From an uncultured Prolixibacteraceae bacterium (GTDB lineage: Bacteria; Bacteroidota; Bacteroidia; Bacteroidales; FEN-979): a stretch of 64,000 bases of DNA. The notes under the pieces are model-generated. The model was not told the origin of the DNA and made no database searches. It saw only the letters and a list, made by a program, of their open reading frames with translations. Numbering within the stretch: position 1 is the stretch's first letter; the number at the start of each line of letters is the position of its first letter. The stretch is taken from the NCBI GenBank assembly GCA_964455285.1, contig CAYVVG010000008.1, positions 1,595-65,594 of the forward strand, read 5' to 3'. Shown here in pieces: positions 7,543 through 17,151 of this stretch. A program made the translations under genes and the position numbers.

Positions 7543-10500
7543 ATGACGATAAATAAAGATCCCCTGCTGGTCCCCGACTACCTCCTGGAGACCGGCTGGG
7601 AAGTGTGTAATAAAGTCGGGGGTATTTACACCGCCATTGCCACCAAGGCAAAGCTGCTGGCGGAAGAGTTCAAGGACAACTACATCCTGATCGGACCGGA
7701 TGTGTGGAAAGAGACACACCAGAATCCTGAGTTCCTGGAAGACAAGTTTCTCTTCAAATCGTGGCGCGAAGCGGCGACGGCCGAAGGTCTGCAGATCAAG
7801 GTCGGGCGGTGGAACATCCCGGGGAGGCCCGCAGTCATCCTGGTCGATTTCACCCCCTACTTCTCTGAAAAAGACAAGATCTTTGCTCACTTCTGGGAAA
7901 GATATAAGCTCGACAGCCTTTCGGGCGACTGGGATTATGTGGAACCCGCTTTTTTCGGTTATGCAGCCGCCCAGGTCATCGAAAGTTTTTACAACTACAA
8001 CATTTCACACCAGGATAAGATCGTGGCCCAGTTCCATGAATGGATGACCGGGACCGGGATCCTGTATCTCAAGGAACATGTGCCCCAGGTCGGTACCGTA
8101 TTCACGGCGCATGCCACGGTGGTGGGGCGGACGATTGCCACCAACGACCTTCCGCTATACAAGAATTTCGAGAACTATAGTGCAGAAGCCATTGCCAGGC
8201 AGTTCGGCGTTTCGTCGAAGTTCTCCCTGGAAAAACTGGCTGCCCGTGAAGCTGACTATTTTACGACCCAGTCACAGGGTGTCAACAACGAATGCAGGCA
8301 TTTTCTGGAAAAGGAGGCGGATCGCCTCACGCCCAATGGTTTTGATGATGCTTGGGTTCCGGCCAGGGACCTGTTCAACGAAAAAAGATCGGCAGCACGA
8401 AAGAAACTGCTTGATGTGGCCGGGGCTCTTACGGGGCAGGCATACCCGCCCGACACAATCCTGATCCTCAGCAGCGGCCGTTATGAGACCCGTAACAAGG
8501 GACACCTTGTTTTCATTGATGCCATGGCCCGTCTGAACCGGCAGAAGAAATTGTCGGGCACCATTTTGGCGGTGATTGCCATACCGGGAGGTCAGACCAT
8601 TCCAAAAAAGGATTTAACGGACCGCTTGTCGAAAAATGAAACCGGGGAGCCCCGGAGCGGGGAGTATTGCACCCACACGCTGGCCGAGCCCGAGAACGAT
8701 GCGATCCTGCAGAGGATCAAATCGCAGGGCCTGATGAATCTGCCAGGAGACCGTGTGAAAGTAATCTACGCACCCACATATTTCAACGGGACCGATGGTG
8801 TTTTCAACCTGAACTACTACGATCTGCTGATTGGTTTTGATGGCACCGTGTTCCCTTCTTACTACGAACCCTGGGGCTATTCGGCCCTCGAGAGCCTGTC
8901 ATTCCACATACCGACGATCACCACGTCGGTTTCCGGATTCGGGCAGTGGATCCGTTCCCTCTACCCGTCGCTGAACGACTGCACCGCGGTGATCGACCGA
9001 ACGGACGAGGGCGATGAAGAGGCGGTCGATGCCATCGTGAAGCACGTGCTCAGTTGCAGTGCAAAAACCGAACAGGAGATCATCAAGGCACGGATCAAAG
9101 CTTTTGAGATAAGCCGGACGGCGCTGTGGAAGAACCTGATCATCAATTTCCGCGAGGCCTATTCCGACACCCTTGAAAGGGTATCTGCCCGGGCTGAGCT
9201 CTACGCCGGCAAACAACCCCTCCTGACAGCACCCGCAGTCAGGTGCACGATCGAGAAGCCCGACTGGAAGAAGGTGCTGGTACAGCAGCATCTTCCCTCC
9301 AACCTGGCCGGATTGGAGCGGCTGGCCAAGAACCTTTGGTGGACGTGGAACTGGGAAGGATCGGAATTGTTCGAATTGATCAACAAGGACCGTTGGTATG
9401 AACTTAAGTTCAATCCAATTGCTCTCATCGAATCGCTTTCCTTCAATGAACTTCAGGAGCTGAGCGGCAACGAAAAGTTCGTGACGCGCCTCGCGAAAGT
9501 TACCGCCTCGTTTGATGCCTATATGTCGCTCGCGGAGAAGAAGCCGAAAGAGATGGTCGCGTACTTCAGCATGGAATACGGTTTGCACGATACGCTGAAG
9601 ATCTTTTCCGGGGGGCTTGGAATGCTCGCGGGCGATTACCTGAAGGAGGCCAGCGATTCGAACTATAACATCGTCGGAATCGGTTTGTTGTACCGGTACG
9701 GGTATTTTACGCAGAGCCTGTCGGTGTACGGCGACCAGGTGGCCACCTATACGCCTCAGAAATTCACCCATCTGCCGCTCGTCCCGGTCAGGGACGGCGA
9801 GGGTAACTGGCAAAAGATCACCTTTGCGCTGCCAGGCCGGACCATGTACGCCAAGATCTGGCGATGCGATGTGGGCAGGGTTCCCCTGTACCTACTCGAT
9901 ACCGACATCGACGAAAACGCGGAAGCCGACCGGGGGATCACCCATCAGCTGTACGGAGGCGACCTGGAAAACCGGCTCCGGCAGGAGATTTTGCTCGGCA
10001 TCGGAGGGATCCGTTTGCTTGAATTGCTGGATATCAAACCCGACCTGTACCACAGCAACGAAGGACATTCAGCCTTCATCGGGCTGGAAAGGCTGCGCAG
10101 GCTGATGGACAGGGAAAAGCTCACCTTTCCGCAAGGCCTGGAGATAGTGCGGTCTTCGACACTCTTCACCACACATACGCCCGTTCCGGCGGGTCACGAT
10201 ACCTTCACCGAAGATCTGATGCGCCGCTATCTCTCACACTATCCTGATCACCTGGGCCTGAAATGGGAGCAGTTCATGAACCTGGGAAGGATGACAGACT
10301 ATGACGTTACCGAGAAATTCTCAATGTCGGTCCTGGCTGCCAAACTGTCGCAGGAGATCAACGGGGTAAGCCGTATCCACGGCCGGGTGACGCGCGAAAT
10401 GTTCGCCCGTCTCTATTCCGGGTACTACCCGGAGGAACTGCATATCGGATATGTCACCAACGGCGTGCACCTGCCGACGTGGACCGCCAAATCGTGGCAG

Positions 10501-11793
10501 CAGCTTTACCGGAAAGAGTTTGGCGACGGGTTCCTGAAGGACCAGTCGGCAGCCGGGAACTGGAAAGCGATCCATAAAGTTCCCGATGAGACGATCTGGA
10601 ACCTCCGGCTGAAGCAGAAGAAGCAGATGACCGACAACCTGCTGCAGCACCTCTATACCGACATGACCCGCCGCCATGAAAACCCCAAACTGATCTTCAA
10701 GATCAGGGAAGCGGCCAATCCCAAAGCACTCACCATTGGCTTTGCCCGGCGTTTCGCCACCTATAAGCGGGCGCACCTCCTCTTCTCGAACCTCGACCGC
10801 TTGTCGCGGATCGTTAATAACAAGGAACGGCCGGTGCAATTCCTCTTCGCGGGGAAAGCCCATCCCAATGACAAGGGAGGGCAGGAACTGATCCGGAAGA
10901 TCTTCGAGATCTCGCATATGCCCGAGTTCCTGGGCAAGGTCTTTTTCTTCGAGAACTATGACATGGAACTGGCCAAATACCTGATCCGCGGTGTCGATAT
11001 CTGGCTCAATACCCCTACGCGACCCCTCGAAGCCTCCGGCACCAGCGGGGAAAAGGCAGTGATGAACGGGGTGGTCAACTTCAGCGTGCTCGACGGTTGG
11101 TGGGCCGAAGGTTACCGGCCCAATGCGGGATGGGCTCTCCAGGAGGCGCCTACGTACGATAACGTTCAGTTCCAGGATGACCTGGATGCCGAAACCATCT
11201 ACACCAAACTTGAAGAGGAGATTGTTCCGTTCTATTATGATGTGGACTCTCACCAGATACCGGTAAAATGGATCTCGTACATCAAGCATACCATTTCCGA
11301 TATTGCGCCCCATTTTACCATGAAGCGGCAGCTCGACGACTACATCCGCCAGTACTACGAACCCCTTTTCAAACGTTCAAAACTGGTGACGGCGAAAAAC
11401 TTCGAGATGGCCCGGCACCTTGCCAACTGGAAGAGAAAGGTGGTGAGAGGCTGGGATAGCATCGAGGTGGTTTCATTGACCACGCCCGATTCCACGATAA
11501 GACCGCTCCCATTGGGAGAACCTTTCCGGGCCGAGATCGTTCTTGATCTGAATGAGTTGTCGGGCACAGATATCGGAGTGGAAGTCCTTTTCGGAAAAAA
11601 GGTGAACGATGAAGTGAAGGAATTGCTGCATGTGGAGGAGATGACCATGACCCGTTCGGAAAAGAATCTCGTGGCTTTCGCCTGCGAGGTTCAGATCGAA
11701 CATGCCGGGGTGTACGATTTCACATTCCGCATGTTCCCGAAGCATCCTCTGCTTCCCCACCGGCAGGACTTCAACCTCGTGAAATGGTTTTAA
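7543..11793 (+). CDS. fusion protein: GT3-type (eukaryote-like) glycogen synthase at the N-terminus plus GT35 alpha-glucan phosphorylase at the C-terminus
   Basis: 1416 aa. N-terminal GWEVCNKVGGIYTAIATKA matches the GT3 glycogen synthase signature. From about aa 575, WWTWNWEG...(DUF3417-like), FSMEYGLHD..GGLGMLAGDYLKEASD, GKAHPNDKGGQ and EASGTSGEKAVMNG indicate a phosphorylase with a PLP-lysine region. Confidence 0.85.
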   Translation: MTINKDPLLVPDYLLETGWEVCNKVGGIYTAIATKAKLLAEEFKDNYILIGPDVWKETHQNPEFLEDKFLFKSWREAATAEGLQIKVGRWNIPGRPAVILVDFTPYFSEKDKIFAHFWERYKLDSLSGDWDYVEPAFFGYAAAQVIESFYNYNISHQDKIVAQFHEWMTGTGILYLKEHVPQVGTVFTAHATVVGRTIATNDLPLYKNFENYSAEAIARQFGVSSKFSLEKLAAREADYFTTQSQGVNNECRHFLEKEADRLTPNGFDDAWVPARDLFNEKRSAARKKLLDVAGALTGQAYPPDTILILSSGRYETRNKGHLVFIDAMARLNRQKKLSGTILAVIAIPGGQTIPKKDLTDRLSKNETGEPRSGEYCTHTLAEPENDAILQRIKSQGLMNLPGDRVKVIYAPTYFNGTDGVFNLNYYDLLIGFDGTVFPSYYEPWGYSALESLSFHIPTITTSVSGFGQWIRSLYPSLNDCTAVIDRTDEGDEEAVDAIVKHVLSCSAKTEQEIIKARIKAFEISRTALWKNLIINFREAYSDTLERVSARAELYAGKQPLLTAPAVRCTIEKPDWKKVLVQQHLPSNLAGLERLAKNLWWTWNWEGSELFELINKDRWYELKFNPIALIESLSFNELQELSGNEKFVTRLAKVTASFDAYMSLAEKKPKEMVAYFSMEYGLHDTLKIFSGGLGMLAGDYLKEASDSNYNIVGIGLLYRYGYFTQSLSVYGDQVATYTPQKFTHLPLVPVRDGEGNWQKITFALPGRTMYAKIWRCDVGRVPLYLLDTDIDENAEADRGITHQLYGGDLENRLRQEILLGIGGIRLLELLDIKPDLYHSNEGHSAFIGLERLRRLMDREKLTFPQGLEIVRSSTLFTTHTPVPAGHDTFTEDLMRRYLSHYPDHLGLKWEQFMNLGRMTDYDVTEKFSMSVLAAKLSQEINGVSRIHGRVTREMFARLYSGYYPEELHIGYVTNGVHLPTWTAKSWQQLYRKEFGDGFLKDQSAAGNWKAIHKVPDETIWNLRLKQKKQMTDNLLQHLYTDMTRRHENPKLIFKIREAANPKALTIGFARRFATYKRAHLLFSNLDRLSRIVNNKERPVQFLFAGKAHPNDKGGQELIRKIFEISHMPEFLGKVFFFENYDMELAKYLIRGVDIWLNTPTRPLEASGTSGEKAVMNGVVNFSVLDGWWAEGYRPNAGWALQEAPTYDNVQFQDDLDAETIYTKLEEEIVPFYYDVDSHQIPVKWISYIKHTISDIAPHFTMKRQLDDYIRQYYEPLFKRSKLVTAKNFEMARHLANWKRKVVRGWDSIEVVSLTTPDSTIRPLPLGEPFRAEIVLDLNELSGTDIGVEVLFGKKVNDEVKELLHVEEMTMTRSEKNLVAFACEVQIEHAGVYDFTFRMFPKHPLLPHRQDFNLVKWF

Positions 11794-11833
11794 TAAGAAG
11801 TATTATTAACCAGATTATTAATAATATACAGAA

Positions 11834-12580
11834 ATGAGATTATTGGAAGGAAAAACTGCACTGATCACCGGTGCAAACCGGGGCATCGGACGTTCCATCG
11901 CCCTGAAGTTTGCTGAACACGGAGCCAACGTAGCCTTTTCAGATATCCATTACAACGACGAAATGAAGCAACTCGAGCAGGATCTGGCCTCTTTCGGGGT
12001 CAAAGCCAAAGGGTACGGCTCCGATGCAAGTTCGTTCGATGAAAGTGAAAAACTGATCGGTTCCGTCACCAGCGATTTTCCCACCATCGACATCCTGGTC
12101 AACAACGCGGGGATCACCCGTGACAACCTGCTGATGCGGATGCAGGAACAGGATTGGGACCGGGTGATCAACGTAAACCTTAAGTCCGTTTTCAACCTCA
12201 CCAAAGCCATCCAGCGGGTGATGATCAAGCAGCGTTCGGGTTCGATCATCAACATGAGTTCGGTGGTGGGTGTGGAGGGCAACGGGGGTCAGTCGAACTA
12301 TGCGGCCTCCAAGGCGGGGATCATCGGCTTCACCAAGTCGGTGGCACAGGAACTGGGTTCGCGCAACATCCGCTGCAATGCGATCGCCCCCGGCTTTATC
12401 GAAACCGAGATGACCGCCAAACTCTCCCAGGAGGTCCGCGAAAACTGGATCCAGGATATCCCGCTAAAACGTCCCGGTACCCCCGACGACGTAGCCAACC
12501 TGGCCCTTTTCCTGGCCAGTGAGCTCAGTGCATACATCACAGGGCAGGCCATCACCGTGTGCGGCGGCATGCATACCTGA
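11834..12580 (+). CDS. fabG: 3-oxoacyl-[ACP] reductase
   Basis: 248 aa short-chain dehydrogenase/reductase. TGANRGIGRSIA is the Rossmann motif, NNAGI is present, and S...YAASKAG forms the catalytic triad. Confidence 0.85.
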   Translation: MRLLEGKTALITGANRGIGRSIALKFAEHGANVAFSDIHYNDEMKQLEQDLASFGVKAKGYGSDASSFDESEKLIGSVTSDFPTIDILVNNAGITRDNLLMRMQEQDWDRVINVNLKSVFNLTKAIQRVMIKQRSGSIINMSSVVGVEGNGGQSNYAASKAGIIGFTKSVAQELGSRNIRCNAIAPGFIETEMTAKLSQEVRENWIQDIPLKRPGTPDDVANLALFLASELSAYITGQAITVCGGMHT

Positions 12581-12595
12581 TCATACTGATCCAAC

Positions 12596-14677
12596 TTGTC
12601 GGACTTGGGACTCCTTACTGAATATCCTATCGGGCTGGCCTCTCTCTGCATTCTGCTTGGGGCCGCATACGCTTTTGTACTGTATTACAGGGATGTAAGG
12701 CGGGGACTGAAACAGAATACCCACCGGGTCCTGTTTGCCCTGCGGTTTCTTTCCGTTTCAGTCATTGCCTTTCTCCTGCTGAACCCGCTCATCCGCCGGT
12801 CACAGAAGATCGTAGAGAAACCCGTGGTGATCATCGGGGTGGATAACTCCCGGAGCATGGTCATGAATGCCGACTCGGATTTTCTCCGGACCGCTTTCCC
12901 GTCAGCCCTTGCCTCTCTGGCCGGGGACCTGGAGAAAGTGTGCGATGTGCGGATCTATTCATTCGGAAAGTCCCTGTCGGATGGGTTCGACGGTACTTTT
13001 CCCGGAGTGAAGACCGACATCTCGTCGTTCTTCGACGAAGTCTCGGCTCGGTACGCCAACCGGAATGCGGCCGCCCTGATCCTGGCCAGCGACGGTATCT
13101 ACAACACGGGGGTCGACCCATATTATGCAGCCGCGAAGATACCTTTTCCGGTTTATTCGATCGCCCTTGGAGATACCTCGGTAAAGAAGGATATCCTGAT
13201 CCGGAAAGTGCTGGTGAACCGGACCGCCTACAAAGGGGACAAGTTCCCGGTGGAGGTGACGGTTGAGATGAACCGTTGTCCCGGGATTTCCCCGAAGCTG
13301 ACCCTGATGCAGGGGGGGCGTACGCTGGAAACGAGAGACATACGCGGAAACGGCGACCGCGTGATCCAGAAAGTCAATTTCCTCATCGACGCCGCCTCCA
13401 CGGGGATCCTTCGCTATACACTCCGCCTCCCCGAAGTGGAGGGAGAACGCAGTAACCTGAACAATGTGGCATCGTTTATCGTGGAAGTCCTCGACCAGCG
13501 GAAAAAGGTCGCACTGGTCTATGATGCCCCGCACCCCGACGTGTCGGCAATCCGGCAGGCCCTGGAGGGCTCTTCACACATAGAGGCTGAACTTCTCCGG
13601 CCGGACGCGCTTCCGTCGTCCTTTGCGAAATACGATCTCGCGATCCTGAACCAACTCCCCTCGGTGACCAGCATAGCCAACCTGGACGGCCTTTTCGCAT
13701 CGCCGGTTCCGTTGCTGATCATCATCGGCCCCCAGACCGACCTCAACGCCCTGAATAACCTGAAACAGGGACTGATCATACAGGCAGCAAGGAACAGTTA
13801 CACTGAATCCCAACCGGTGTTCAGCGAGGACTTTGCGCTGTTTTCCATCAGCAAGGCAGAGGTGGCGCTCTTCAATGAATTTCCGCCCCTGCAAAGTCCC
13901 TTTGGCACCTACCAGTACAGCCCGCTGACACAAACCCTGTGCGCACAGAAGATGGGGAGTGTGGCTACGCAAACACCCCTGATCCTTTTCACCCGGGCGG
14001 GAGAGAAAAAAGTGGGATTCATAGCCGGTGAGAATGTCTGGAGATGGAGGATGGCCTGCTTTATCCGGCAAAATACCCATGAGCCCTTCGATCTCCTGAT
14101 CGACCGCATTGCCCGCTATCTGTCAGCCAAAGAAGATAAGAGTTTTTTCCGTCTCCGGGTTCCCGGCCGTATCGCCGAAGGAGAAGCGGTGGAAATGGAG
14201 GCAGAACTTTACAATGCCACCTACGAACTGATCAACGAACCAGAGGTGAACCTCACCATCACCGATGGCCAGGGAAGGTCCTTCCCCTTCGTCTTCAGCC
14301 GGACTTTGCGATCGTATTACCTCAACGCCGGCCTCTTTCCCGTGGGTGAATATTCCTACCAGGCCACTGCGAAAGTGGGCGCGGAGACCTACCGGCAGAC
14401 GGGTAAATTCTTTGTGGAACAGGTAAACCTGGAAAGTTCCAACCTGGTTGCCGACCACAACCTGCTTTACCGGATCGCTGTCTCGCACGATGGCAGCCTG
14501 GTGGCACGCGACAGCATTGCGGGACTTGCGGCCAGGATCCTGGCAAGGGAAGATATCCGCCCTGTGTCGGTCAGACAGGATAAAATGTCGGACCTTGTCG
14601 GCAATCCATGGCTTTTTGTAGCGATCCTTCTGTTGCTCAGCGCCGAATGGGCAATCCGGAAAAGGGAAGGGCTGTGA
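12596..14677 (+). CDS. membrane-anchored von Willebrand factor A (VWA) domain protein
   Basis: 693 aa with a TTG start. There are N-terminal and C-terminal transmembrane segments. GVDNSRSM matches the DxSxS MIDAS motif, followed by ALILASDGIYNTG. Confidence 0.6.
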   Translation: MSDLGLLTEYPIGLASLCILLGAAYAFVLYYRDVRRGLKQNTHRVLFALRFLSVSVIAFLLLNPLIRRSQKIVEKPVVIIGVDNSRSMVMNADSDFLRTAFPSALASLAGDLEKVCDVRIYSFGKSLSDGFDGTFPGVKTDISSFFDEVSARYANRNAAALILASDGIYNTGVDPYYAAAKIPFPVYSIALGDTSVKKDILIRKVLVNRTAYKGDKFPVEVTVEMNRCPGISPKLTLMQGGRTLETRDIRGNGDRVIQKVNFLIDAASTGILRYTLRLPEVEGERSNLNNVASFIVEVLDQRKKVALVYDAPHPDVSAIRQALEGSSHIEAELLRPDALPSSFAKYDLAILNQLPSVTSIANLDGLFASPVPLLIIIGPQTDLNALNNLKQGLIIQAARNSYTESQPVFSEDFALFSISKAEVALFNEFPPLQSPFGTYQYSPLTQTLCAQKMGSVATQTPLILFTRAGEKKVGFIAGENVWRWRMACFIRQNTHEPFDLLIDRIARYLSAKEDKSFFRLRVPGRIAEGEAVEMEAELYNATYELINEPEVNLTITDGQGRSFPFVFSRTLRSYYLNAGLFPVGEYSYQATAKVGAETYRQTGKFFVEQVNLESSNLVADHNLLYRIAVSHDGSLVARDSIAGLAARILAREDIRPVSVRQDKMSDLVGNPWLFVAILLLLSAEWAIRKREGL

Positions 14678-14687
14678 GGCCGGGCAT

Positions 14688-15518
14688 TCAAAGATCTCTC
14701 CGGACCAGTACCCAGTAAACGATCCCGATCATCAGCACGGCATAGCCTACCGGGATCAGCGCGCCCGGCAGGGTGACGCTGTTTTGAAGGTTCAGGCCCA
14801 TTACCTGTTTCAGCACAGGGATGGCAGGATATTCGGTGATGCTGACCATGGTGTTCACCGGCAGGTATTTATAGACCGAATTTTCAGGGACAAGCGGGCT
14901 TTTCAGGAAATAATAGACGATCGGCTCGATGATGAGTGCATACAAGGTAAAGATGGCGATCGACAGTCCTGTGTTCCGCAACAGAAAACCGCAGAAAAGC
15001 GCGAATACCTGGAAAGTAAGCATCGTGAGGAAGAAACCGGCCATGAACACGATCTTTTGTGTGATCATCCCGGCCGACGCTTCCGCCGTGTTGGAGATCC
15101 CGAGGATCAGTGTCCCTGCGGTTAGAAGCACCGACATGACCGCTGAAAAGATCAGGATGATCATCAGTTTCGATGCCAGGAGTTCTCCCTTGCTCAGGCC
15201 GTTGATCACATTCTGGCGGATCGTTTTGAATGTGAATTCATTGGTTATCAGGATCATGATCACAATGGCCGGGAAAATAAGCACGTAACGGATCGTGGCG
15301 AAGAACGCGATATTCTGCCAGATCCACGGGAAAAAATAGATCGTCACGTGTGGCAGGGGGATGGGCGTATGGCTGTTGATATTGTCGATCATCTGGTTGA
15401 TCATGAATTCCGCCATCAGCAGGCCCAGGATCAGAAAAAGGAAGTAGAGCCCGGTAAGGATCCAGAAGATCCTGTATGTCAGAATTTTTCTGAATTCGAT
15501 GCGCAGCAGTCGGTTCAT
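14688..15518 (-). CDS. ABC-2 type transporter permease
   Basis: 276 aa polytopic hydrophobic protein. It overlaps the upstream ATPase gene by 4 nt. Confidence 0.7.
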   Translation of the reverse strand: MNRLLRIEFRKILTYRIFWILTGLYFLFLILGLLMAEFMINQMIDNINSHTPIPLPHVTIYFFPWIWQNIAFFATIRYVLIFPAIVIMILITNEFTFKTIRQNVINGLSKGELLASKLMIILIFSAVMSVLLTAGTLILGISNTAEASAGMITQKIVFMAGFFLTMLTFQVFALFCGFLLRNTGLSIAIFTLYALIIEPIVYYFLKSPLVPENSVYKYLPVNTMVSITEYPAIPVLKQVMGLNLQNSVTLPGALIPVGYAVLMIGIVYWVLVRRDL

Positions 15519-16411
15519 TTTTCGTGGTCTAACAGTTCAAGAAAATGTTGTTCCAGGCTTCGTTTGCGTTCTGCCAGGTGTGTAAGGATGATGCCCTGGC
15601 TGAAAAAATACCGGTTGAGCTCAGCCGGATCAACGGTTTGGCTGAACCAAACCTGGACTCTCTCCTCGCCGGGGGTGACCGACTGGAAGTGGGGATGGGA
15701 CCGGACCGCCTTGATCAGCGTTTCGATGGGCCGGGCAGCCATTTCGAAGGAGTCGGAGACCGCCAGAACCTCGCTCACATTCCCGTCGAAGAGTTTGCGG
15801 CCTTTGCTCAGCACGGCAACGTGGCTGCATATCTTCTGTACCTCGTCGAGCAGGTGCGAAGCCATGATGATGGTGGTGCCCTGGGCGGCCACCTGCTGCA
15901 CCAGCGTGCGGATATGAGCAATTCCCTGGGGATCGAGACCGTTGGTGGGTTCGTCGAGGATCAGCACTTCGGGGTTTCCCAGCAGGGCCGAAGCGACGGC
16001 CAGGCGCTGCTTCATGCCAAAGGAGAAGGTGCGGAAACGCGAGTTCCGGCGTTCATGCAGGCCGGTGAGGGTCAGAACGCGGTCGATGTCGCCGAAGCCG
16101 ATCTCCTTCACATCACCCACGATCTTCAGGTTGTCGACCGCGGTCAGGTAAGGAAAGAAGTTGGGGCTTTCGATGACACTTCCGATCCGTTTCCTTGTCG
16201 CGGGTGAGGGTTTAAGCCCGAACCACTCAAAAGTGCCGCTGTCGGCCCGGATCAGTTCCAGGATCGTGCTGAGGGTGGTGGTCTTGCCGCTTCCGTTAGG
16301 GCCGAGAATGCCAAAGACCTGGCCGCGACGCACTTCAAACGAAAGGTCGCAAACGGCCCTGATCTTCCCGTAACGCTTTGAAAGGCCGTTAATTGAAAGT
16401 ACTTTTTCCAA
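15515..16411 (-). CDS. ABC transporter ATP-binding protein
   Basis: 298 aa. Walker A is GPNGSGKTT, the signature motif is FSFGMKQRL, and Walker B is LILDEPTNGLD. The start codon is TTG. Confidence 0.88.
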   Translation of the reverse strand: MEKVLSINGLSKRYGKIRAVCDLSFEVRRGQVFGILGPNGSGKTTTLSTILELIRADSGTFEWFGLKPSPATRKRIGSVIESPNFFPYLTAVDNLKIVGDVKEIGFGDIDRVLTLTGLHERRNSRFRTFSFGMKQRLAVASALLGNPEVLILDEPTNGLDPQGIAHIRTLVQQVAAQGTTIIMASHLLDEVQKICSHVAVLSKGRKLFDGNVSEVLAVSDSFEMAARPIETLIKAVRSHPHFQSVTPGEERVQVWFSQTVDPAELNRYFFSQGIILTHLAERKRSLEQHFLELLDHEK

Positions 16412-16439
16412 TGTTGAAAACGGGATTAGTGTGGATAGC

Positions 16440-17147
16440 TCAGTGATAGAGAAGAAAGATGGCCGGCACCTTATGGATGTCGGGCCGGCACTGTTTCCAC
16501 TCTTCCATCGTTAAGGTGCGGATGAATTCGTTATTACCCGTGATACCGGCTGCGATGCATAAGCGCATCGAAGGCCGGCAGGTTTTGATGAGGGCCTCGA
16601 ACAACGCGAGGTTTCGATAGGGCGTTTCGATGATGATCTGCGTCTGGTCTTTCCCGTCGATCTCCCGCTCCAGTTCCCGGATCTTCCGGGTCAGCTGCGA
16701 CTTGTCGGCTGGCAGGTACCCGTTAAACGCGAACCGCTGTCCGTTGAAGCCCGATGCAGCCAGCGCCAGCAGGAGCGAGGAAGGCCCTGTGAGGGGGACG
16801 ACACGGATGCCTGTTGCCCGGGCGCTCTCCACGATCATCGCTCCGGGGTCGGCCACACAGGGCATGCCGGCTTCCGACAGCAGGCCTGTATCTTCGCCCT
16901 GTTCAAGACCTTCCAGGCATTCGGCCAGGTCTTCGGGGCCCGAGTGCTCATTGTACCGGATGAACGAAAGGTCATTCACCGGGGTGGAAATGCCGGCACG
17001 GATCAAGAATCGCCGGGCGGTCCGTTCCTCCTCGACGATGAACCGGCGGAGCCTCCGGACCACACCGAGGGTCCCTTCCGGAAGTACTGCGGAGGGCGGT
17101 CCGTCGGCCAACGGGGTGGGTATCAGGTATAGAGTGCCTGTCGTCAT
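16440..17147 (-). CDS. SAM-dependent methyltransferase, tetrapyrrole-methylase fold (RsmI-like)
   Basis: GTLYLIPTPLADG sits at the N-terminus and ETPYR is present. I chose the ATG at 17147 (MTTGTLY...) rather than the ORF-track start at 17180. Confidence 0.7.
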   Translation of the reverse strand: MTTGTLYLIPTPLADGPPSAVLPEGTLGVVRRLRRFIVEEERTARRFLIRAGISTPVNDLSFIRYNEHSGPEDLAECLEGLEQGEDTGLLSEAGMPCVADPGAMIVESARATGIRVVPLTGPSSLLLALAASGFNGQRFAFNGYLPADKSQLTRKIRELEREIDGKDQTQIIIETPYRNLALFEALIKTCRPSMRLCIAAGITGNNEFIRTLTMEEWKQCRPDIHKVPAIFLLYH

Positions 17148-17151
17148 GATC

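Noticed and set aside
16430-16438. TGTGGATAG, an 8-of-9 match to the DnaA box
   Set aside because: It is a single isolated site in a 28-nt spacer between two co-directional genes. It has no AT-rich unwinding element or additional boxes, so it is insufficient for an origin call.
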